Shown here one piece after another: positions 57,277-64,000 of a stretch of DNA of 64,000 nucleotides. The stretch comes from an uncultured virus (IMG/VR IMGVR_UViG_3300031772_000018) (Duplodnaviria > Heunggongvirae > Uroviricota > Caudoviricetes): the IMG/VR virus record IMGVR_UViG_3300031772_000018; one strand, 5' to 3'. The notes below the pieces were generated by a model, which was given only the letters and a program-made list of their open reading frames with translations, did not search any database and was not told where the DNA came from. Within the stretch, counting starts at the first letter, position 1, and the number at the start of each line of letters is the position of its first letter. The position numbers and the translations under genes were made by a program.

Positions 57277-58365
57277 ATGCCAACTTTTAAAGTATATCAA
57301 CCATTTGAATCTGACGATGTAATAATCGGGAAAACTAGTAGAATTTCCAGTGGATTTTTTCCCGATGGAGATGTATATTATTCACAATCGACATTCTTAA
57401 CTTCACCATTACAGCTTCAAACTATCACTCCTGGTGGCAGTGTTTATGATATTTTAAATGGATTGTATTATACAGAAGTTTATAATGATAGTGTGACTAA
57501 TTCTCAATTATTATTTAGTGTTTCATATGGTGAAGTTAATGGAAGTGGCTCTGTATTAGGTAGTCCTGTTCTTAGCACCAAAGCAACATATTCACAATAC
57601 CGAAATGTTTTACTTGGCAGTGGTGATATTGATGGTTTGTTTAGCTTTCGAACGGGTTCAGTTGGAACAAATGTATACCCAACAGGCTCAGCTATATGTA
57701 TAATGAATTTTTCCGCTCAATTAATGCGGGATCAAATAGACCCAGGTCAATGGTCTGTTAATATTGGACCATATTCTTTTATTGATGAATTTCCGCTCCT
57801 AACCCCATCAGAAAGAAAAGAAAGTAGATTGGTATATGAAATTATATCCGGTTCATTTGATTCTCTTACAGGTCAAACTATTGCAGGTTCATCGGGATAC
57901 GATGCAATTGGATTATTTTATCCAAAAAGCGGAATAATGGTATTTAATGCGACATATCTGAATGATATAGTTGGTGTGGGGTTAATTCTGAATACTCCTA
58001 CTATAGATATAAATTCTTTTCAAAAAAATGATGTAGTATTCTATAATGCTTTAAAAAATGCCGGCGGACAAATGCGAATAAGAAAATCAGAGTTTGTTCC
58101 ATCTACACATTATTTTGTTAGAGTAAAAAATCAAGATTTTAATTATTCTAATAATATTACTTTTGCTCATCAAGAAACAGATGTATCTGGCAGTTTTAAC
58201 AAGGGGGATATTATTGATTCATTGATTGCGAATCCTATTACTTATGTTACCACTGTTGGTCTGTATAATGATGTAAACGAATTGGTAGCAGTAGCAAAAT
58301 TGAGCAAACCAACGATGAAATCCTTCGATAACGAGCTTCTAATTCGTATTCGTCTTGACTTTTAA
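57277..58365 (+). CDS. baseplate/tail structural protein
   Basis: C-terminal FNYSNN...YVTTVGLYND..ELVAVAKLSKP...RLDF. Confidence 0.75.
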   Translation: MPTFKVYQPFESDDVIIGKTSRISSGFFPDGDVYYSQSTFLTSPLQLQTITPGGSVYDILNGLYYTEVYNDSVTNSQLLFSVSYGEVNGSGSVLGSPVLSTKATYSQYRNVLLGSGDIDGLFSFRTGSVGTNVYPTGSAICIMNFSAQLMRDQIDPGQWSVNIGPYSFIDEFPLLTPSERKESRLVYEIISGSFDSLTGQTIAGSSGYDAIGLFYPKSGIMVFNATYLNDIVGVGLILNTPTIDINSFQKNDVVFYNALKNAGGQMRIRKSEFVPSTHYFVRVKNQDFNYSNNITFAHQETDVSGSFNKGDIIDSLIANPITYVTTVGLYNDVNELVAVAKLSKPTMKSFDNELLIRIRLDF

Positions 58366-58425
58366 TCTAAAATTTATATTATTCTCTTACGCAAATAAGT
58401 TAATAAATGTTATATTTATAATTAT

Positions 58426-61400
58426 ATGTGGTGCGATAACACAATTGCTATTGGTGGAGAATATGTAGATTATGGACCAAATTGGTTATATGACTATTGT
58501 AATACAACAGTTGACCCAATAAGCGGTTCGTTAATATTACTAGAATTAGGATCATTGCAGTATGTTTTAACAGATATAGACAATACTTTTGTTTTTCTTG
58601 AATCCTATTTACAAAATATTAACAATCTTCCTCTTCCCTATTTTTTACTTCCATATTACAATCAAGCTGTTAAAAACACGATTCCAACTGGTTCAACTGC
58701 GTTTCTGTTGGGATTAGAACAAGGCAGTTGGGATTTTGCTTATATTGAAGAGGGAATAAAGGTTGATAAACGCATTTTATTTAATCCAAACAACGAACCT
58801 AGGAATGTAGATGAATCCTATAAGCGAGTTGTTTATAATCAATATAAAAATTTATATTATCCTGATGTCAAGGATCCTACTAAGATGCTTGGATTAGACA
58901 ATTTAGACATTTTATTAGACAACAAGAATAGACTTTTATATGATGAAATTAAAGTTGTAACAATACCACAACTATATTTTGCTGACAGAATAGAAGAAAA
59001 TAGTGTGGAAATAGATGAAACGGCAGGAATATCTTCCTATAAAGTCATTGATGATGGATTTGGAAATTTAAAAGCAAAAGATATGTTTTCATTTGTCATT
59101 GACGATGTTAACAAAACTATACCGGATTCTAATATCACCATTAAAAACAGAAATATGGGTTATTCTGTTTCTATAAATGATAGATGCGCATTAATAGGGA
59201 ATCCATGTTTTGAACTAACTGGGGTGGAAGGAAATGTTCAAGTTTATAAATTTAATTCACAAATAAGCAATAGATTTTTTTATGATGGAATATTAAAAAG
59301 AAGAACCTTTAGTATATCTGAGGCTGCGCCTTTAATAGTTAAATGTTCAGATTTCGGCAGGTCAGTAGATTTATGTAAAAATGTTGCGGCGGTTTCTTCT
59401 ATATTGGCTAGATACATATATCCATCGGGCTCAAATGTAGTATATACAGACGCGGGGGTTGTAGAGTTATATAACTTAAATACTGGTTCATATGCTACAC
59501 CAGCTTATGTAATTTCTTCATCTATTATACCATCCACATATGAAACAGGAAGTGGAACTTTTGGTTGGACAATTTCTTTAAATGATGAATATTTGGCGAT
59601 TGGCTGCCCGCACACTTATTTGTCGGGCAGTTTATCTTCGGGTAGTTACACTGGAGCAGTATATATTCTTTCTGGAAGTATAACCACAGGGTATGCATTT
59701 CATTCACAGTTGACAGGAAGTGATGTTCCCAATGATGTATTATTTGGAAAATGCTTAAAACTTGATAAAAACTATAATAAACTTGTAGTAGGAAATGGAG
59801 ATAATACATTGGGATCGGGAAGTGTTTATTTATTTGAATTAACTGGTAGTGTGTGGGAGCAAACTTATAAATTTAATCCAACAAAAACAACAGAAAATTT
59901 GAATTTCTTGCCTGTTCAACCATATACAACCATTTTAAATGACGCGGATGGGTTTGGTACATCTGTTTCAATTTATTGTTCTTCTTCAACGGATATAAAA
60001 GTTGCCGTTGGCGCTCCGTTTGATAGAACTGTTTATGAATTTAGTGGTTCAGGCTGCTATAAAAATGGGGCGGTTTATATCTACGAAAAAGAACGATGTG
60101 AAATCCATAGTGCTTCTGTATATGCCTATTCTGGTTTTGTATTTAATCAAACTAGAATTTCTGGGGATGCCGACGCGTTTAAACAAAATATATTTGGTTT
60201 TTCTGTTGATATGTGGGGCGATAAAGTCATAGCATCTTGTCCAAAGTATTTTTCAGAATATACCACCGATTATATCTATAATACCTTTTTACAACCTTTC
60301 AATTTTAATGACATGGAAGAAATAAATAATGTTGGCATGTTTTATGTGTATCAAAAGGCCGACGATGGTTGGAATGTTTTTGGCAAATACAAGACTAATA
60401 AAATTTATTCACATCCATACAATTTTTACGCTTATGCAGTTTCATTATATGAAAATAATCTTATAGCTGGATGCCCAATTGTAGTAGTTGACAATGATAA
60501 TACTGTTCCAACTAATGTTTATGTTGATGAGTTAAAATATTTGAAAAATCTATGTGGAGATTTTAATATATTTAATTTAGTGGATTATAAACAAACACAT
60601 TATATTGGAAATGTGTTTTATAAAACAGGAAAAATGATAACATCAACAAGTGGCTCGGTATTTGATTTTATATTTGAATCACCTGTTAATATTTATCCTG
60701 AATATAATATATCATTTAATAGCCGACTAAAGCTTTACCAAAAAGAAATTGTATGTACTATAAATCCTGGAGAATTTAACTATAGTACTAATCCAACTTC
60801 ATATACTTATGAACCATATTCTGATTTTGATTTAAACAGAAACGGAAGATTTGATTTTGATGATTGTGATAAATTATTAAGAATTATCAACTTTAAATTT
60901 ACATCAAATGAAAGGTGGTGGGAGCATTTTAATTATACAGATTCAAATGGGAATTTTATATTAGATGAATCTTTTGCTACAATCGAAGAGGTTGTTCCTT
61001 ATAGTTTGTTTAAGTTTTATTTGAATAATAATAGACCGATGGATTCTAAGTTTGGGTCTGTGTCTGAAATTAATACTATGATTAATGCATACGATTCTTT
61101 GTTAGACATAAATGACGACGGCGTGGCGGATTATTTAGATGTAAATTTGTTGTGGAAGTTTTTTACAACTACACTAACAATTAATAATTATGAAGCATAT
61201 CAAAACCAAAAAAGTATAATTTCAAGCCGCAATTCCTTTGATTTAATTTATGCCTATCTATTGGAGGAAACAGGAAAAAATAAACCTGGTAAGATTTTAG
61301 ATAGATTTTACAGCCGGCCTATGTCAGCTTCTGTTTCCGACACCACATCTTCATATTTGGTGCCATATATAACGACAATAGGATTATATGATGGGGCAGA

Positions 61401-61485
61401 TCTTATGGGTGTAGCTAAACTTGGGACTCCAATACGAAATCAAGGAGTATTTCCGTTGAATTTTATCATAAGATTCGACATATAA
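58426..61485 (+). CDS. tail protein with FG-GAP beta-propeller repeats and Ca-binding loops
   Basis: FGxSV...GxP...GAVY repeats; DLNRNGRFDFDD and DINDDGVADYLD; C-terminus paralogous to 57277 ORF. Confidence 0.8.
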   Translation: MWCDNTIAIGGEYVDYGPNWLYDYCNTTVDPISGSLILLELGSLQYVLTDIDNTFVFLESYLQNINNLPLPYFLLPYYNQAVKNTIPTGSTAFLLGLEQGSWDFAYIEEGIKVDKRILFNPNNEPRNVDESYKRVVYNQYKNLYYPDVKDPTKMLGLDNLDILLDNKNRLLYDEIKVVTIPQLYFADRIEENSVEIDETAGISSYKVIDDGFGNLKAKDMFSFVIDDVNKTIPDSNITIKNRNMGYSVSINDRCALIGNPCFELTGVEGNVQVYKFNSQISNRFFYDGILKRRTFSISEAAPLIVKCSDFGRSVDLCKNVAAVSSILARYIYPSGSNVVYTDAGVVELYNLNTGSYATPAYVISSSIIPSTYETGSGTFGWTISLNDEYLAIGCPHTYLSGSLSSGSYTGAVYILSGSITTGYAFHSQLTGSDVPNDVLFGKCLKLDKNYNKLVVGNGDNTLGSGSVYLFELTGSVWEQTYKFNPTKTTENLNFLPVQPYTTILNDADGFGTSVSIYCSSSTDIKVAVGAPFDRTVYEFSGSGCYKNGAVYIYEKERCEIHSASVYAYSGFVFNQTRISGDADAFKQNIFGFSVDMWGDKVIASCPKYFSEYTTDYIYNTFLQPFNFNDMEEINNVGMFYVYQKADDGWNVFGKYKTNKIYSHPYNFYAYAVSLYENNLIAGCPIVVVDNDNTVPTNVYVDELKYLKNLCGDFNIFNLVDYKQTHYIGNVFYKTGKMITSTSGSVFDFIFESPVNIYPEYNISFNSRLKLYQKEIVCTINPGEFNYSTNPTSYTYEPYSDFDLNRNGRFDFDDCDKLLRIINFKFTSNERWWEHFNYTDSNGNFILDESFATIEEVVPYSLFKFYLNNNRPMDSKFGSVSEINTMINAYDSLLDINDDGVADYLDVNLLWKFFTTTLTINNYEAYQNQKSIISSRNSFDLIYAYLLEETGKNKPGKILDRFYSRPMSASVSDTTSSYLVPYITTIGLYDGADLMGVAKLGTPIRNQGVFPLNFIIRFDI

Positions 61486-61503
61486 CCTTATATTTATAAT
61501 TGT

Positions 61504-62070
61504 ATGATAAAAGACAACATTCTTTCGACTAATACAATCTCTCTCCGAGAGAGATATGCAGATTCAGCGCATTCAAAGGTTGGTAAAATAACACCAAATG
61601 AAACGCCAATATTAGGTGTTTATAATAAATCCAAAGAATCTAAATTTGTTAAGATTTCTCCAAATGAAACCCCTATATTGGATACATTTAATAAATCAGA
61701 CCATTCTAAGTTTATAAAGCATACGCCTGATGAAACGCCTATCCTTGGAACTTTTAATAAGTCAGAGCATTCTCATTTTGTAAAGCATACACCAGACGAA
61801 ACGCCTATTCTTGCCACTTTTAATGCATCAGACCATTCTAAGTTTATTAAACATACACCAGATGAGACACCAATTCTTGCTACTTTTAACGCATCGGAGC
61901 ATTCTCATTTTGTAAAGCATAAGCCAGATGAAACGCCAATTCTTGCTACTTTTAATAAATCTGGTCATTCGAATTTTGTAAAACATACACCAAATGAAAC
62001 GCCTGTATTAGCTTTGTATAATTCATCGGGACATTCTACAGAAATTGACACTACAAAATATTATCCTTAA
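61504..62070 (+). CDS. tandem-repeat protein (7 x 22 aa)
   Basis: HSKFIKHTPDETPILATFNxSx consensus; late motif at 61491. Confidence 0.8.
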   Translation: MIKDNILSTNTISLRERYADSAHSKVGKITPNETPILGVYNKSKESKFVKISPNETPILDTFNKSDHSKFIKHTPDETPILGTFNKSEHSHFVKHTPDETPILATFNASDHSKFIKHTPDETPILATFNASEHSHFVKHKPDETPILATFNKSGHSNFVKHTPNETPVLALYNSSGHSTEIDTTKYYP

Positions 62071-62465
62071 AATTTTTGGATTCTAATTCTACCGCCAACA
62101 TATTCATTGTAATAACTAGAATCAAATAGTGCATTGGCAAGTATTATTTGTTTCATTTCTTCATAGTTAAGTTCAGATTTGGATTTGCGCCAATATAAAA
62201 TTTCAAAGAGGAAATTATCTTTACCAATTTTTTGTATATCTTCTTGTAGTTTCTTACAACTTCCCGTATAGGATTTCCAATCGGAGGCTTTTGTAGATCG
62301 TCGTTTGTTTACACGACCCTTTAGAGGCTTCTTGGAGACTTTAAATTTCAACAATTTTTTGCCCAAATATTTTTTATCGTTAGTGAGATTGGTTATTTTA
62401 TAAATAAATCCGATACTATTTTCCGGCGGTTCTTCTTTTACAATCCAATGGCCATAGTCATTCAT
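62067..62465 (-). CDS. GIY-YIG nuclease-family protein
   Basis: GFIYKITN...KKYLGKK...YTGS...E...YYN. Confidence 0.85.
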   Translation of the reverse strand: MNDYGHWIVKEEPPENSIGFIYKITNLTNDKKYLGKKLLKFKVSKKPLKGRVNKRRSTKASDWKSYTGSCKKLQEDIQKIGKDNFLFEILYWRKSKSELNYEEMKQIILANALFDSSYYNEYVGGRIRIQKF

Positions 62466-62553
62466 GAAAATATATAGTATTATTTTTATATAAAAAAATC
62501 AAATGGTCTTTAATATAAATCGACTAAATCAATTATCGTGGTAAACTTGTTGT

Positions 62554-63507
62554 ATGTTATTGCAGGAAGATATAATATCTGTTTTAAATAAAGTACTTAA
62601 ACAAAAAGGACGAATTAGAAGGGGAGAAGACCTTGTATATTTTTGTCCTGCTTGTAACCATTATAAAAGAAAGCTTGAAGTAAATATATTTACTGGCAAA
62701 TATCATTGTTGGGTTTGTGGCTTTTCAGGATTATCATTTAAGACATTGTTTAAGAAATTAAATGCTCCGCCGGAAGCGTATTATATAATTAAAGAGAGTT
62801 ATAAACTAAAGCCTAAAGATGAAAATGAAATAGACCATTTATTTGACACAAAAGAAAAAGAACGGAATGTTGTAAATTTTTTACCAAAAGAATTTAAACC
62901 AATTTATCTTCCACAGAAATCAATAGAATATAAACATGCGATAAATTATTTAAAGAAACGCGGAGTTACAAAATTCGATATGTATAGGTATAACATCGGC
63001 TATTGTGAAATAGGAAAATTTGCAAATAGAATTATAATACCTTCATATGATTCAAATAACAATTTGAATTTTTATTCCGGAAGAAGTTATTATGATAGTT
63101 GTAATTTTAAGTATCAAAATTGTGATTTTTCAAAGGATATTGTTGGGTTCGAATCAAATATTAACTGGAAAGAACCGATTACCTTGACGGAAGGTGCGCT
63201 TGATGCAATTGCAATACGATATAATGCTATTCCATTATTCGGAAAGAGTATGTCAGGCAAACTTAAAAAATGTATAATAGATAATGCTGTTTATAAAATT
63301 AATGTAATTTTAGATGATGATGCAATTAAGGATTCTATCAATATTTATGATCAGTTATCTTCTATGGGAGTGAAAAAGATACATATTATAGTTTTAAAGG
63401 ATAAAGACCCATCAAAAATGGGATTTGAAAAAATAACAGAAGTAATTGATAACTCTGAAGCACAAACATTGTCGGATATGTTGAAATTAAAGATAAAGTA
63501 TTCATAA
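62554..63507 (+). CDS. DNA primase (Zn finger plus TOPRIM)
   Basis: CPAC...HCWVC, YLKKRG, RIIIP, EGALDA, LDDDA, KDP. Confidence 0.9.
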   Translation: MLLQEDIISVLNKVLKQKGRIRRGEDLVYFCPACNHYKRKLEVNIFTGKYHCWVCGFSGLSFKTLFKKLNAPPEAYYIIKESYKLKPKDENEIDHLFDTKEKERNVVNFLPKEFKPIYLPQKSIEYKHAINYLKKRGVTKFDMYRYNIGYCEIGKFANRIIIPSYDSNNNLNFYSGRSYYDSCNFKYQNCDFSKDIVGFESNINWKEPITLTEGALDAIAIRYNAIPLFGKSMSGKLKKCIIDNAVYKINVILDDDAIKDSINIYDQLSSMGVKKIHIIVLKDKDPSKMGFEKITEVIDNSEAQTLSDMLKLKIKYS

Positions 63508-63510
63508 GTT

Positions 63511-64000
63511 ATGGTAACATATTTAAAAAATGACATTAAAAATTTTGTAGGGATTTTGCAGGTTGCAGATATTCATCTTAGACTTACAAAACGGCACGAT
63601 GAATATCTACTTGCTTTTGATAAATTGTATTCTGCTATTAAACTTACGCCGCCGGAAACAGTTGTGGCTGTTCTTGGTGATGTGTTTCATTCCAAATCAG
63701 ATTTAAGTCCGGAATGTGTAGAGTTTGCAAGTGAATTTCTTAAAGCCATTGCTGATTTGCGTCCGACTATATTGGTGGCGGGAAATCATGATGCTACTCT
63801 TTCAAACCGAAATAGATTGGACAGTTTAACGCCAATAGTAAATGCTTTAGACCATAAGAATTTATACTATTTAAGAGATACAGGGTTATACACTTTGGGT
63901 GACATACTATTCAATAATATGTCTATATTTTCTCCTCCCGAAGATTATATTAAAGCAAAAGATATACCAAAAATATATCGAAATAACACCAATTATCTTA
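63511..64000 (+). CDS. Mre11/SbcD-like recombination nuclease (T4 gp47-like), cut by window end
   Basis: Open frame from ATG 63511: ADIH, GDVFH, AGNHD motifs. Confidence 0.88.
   Translation, partial: MVTYLKNDIKNFVGILQVADIHLRLTKRHDEYLLAFDKLYSAIKLTPPETVVAVLGDVFHSKSDLSPECVEFASEFLKAIADLRPTILVAGNHDATLSNRNRLDSLTPIVNALDHKNLYYLRDTGLYTLGDILFNNMSIFSPPEDYIKAKDIPKIYRNNTNYL

Noticed and set aside
1..64000. Stop-codon reassignment
   Set aside because: Long genes are intact under the standard code and TAA, TAG and TGA all end packed genes

Overview
AT-rich segment of a large, probably T4-like contractile-tailed bacteriophage genome; ORFs are consistent with the standard bacterial code. 1-25.7 kb is an early/accessory region of about 70 short, mostly + strand genes behind more than 30 copies of a sigma70-type promoter (TTGACW-N16-TATAAT) that sit almost on the start codons. 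It encodes two RNA ligases, a RelA/SpoT-type HD hydrolase, a NADAR protein, a SLOG protein, a metallophosphoesterase, a bL12 C-terminal-domain protein, a Cas4-like nuclease and two antisense homing-type endonucleases. It is unusually rich in non-coding RNA: tRNA-Pro, tRNA-Thr, a 6S-like long hairpin, two promoter-driven multi-module structured RNA cassettes with boxA-like motifs (one holds a tRNA-like RNA with a ~100-nt insert in place of the anticodon arm), and an ORF-free unit made of a periodic array of covarying mini-hairpins (17.6-18.06 kb), the best candidate for an undescribed system. A G/C-tract element with a C-to-G skew flip at ~25.8 kb looks like a replication origin. 26-64 kb holds a C1 peptidase, tmRNA, PhoH, a degenerate HD protein, a gp55-like late sigma factor with TATTTATA motifs before late genes, a baseplate/tail module interrupted by a GC-richer island of three secreted proteins (two clan GH-A-like hydrolases), then a GIY-YIG nuclease, DNA primase and a truncated Mre11/SbcD-like nuclease. 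All calls come from reading motifs by eye; no searches or folding programs were run.
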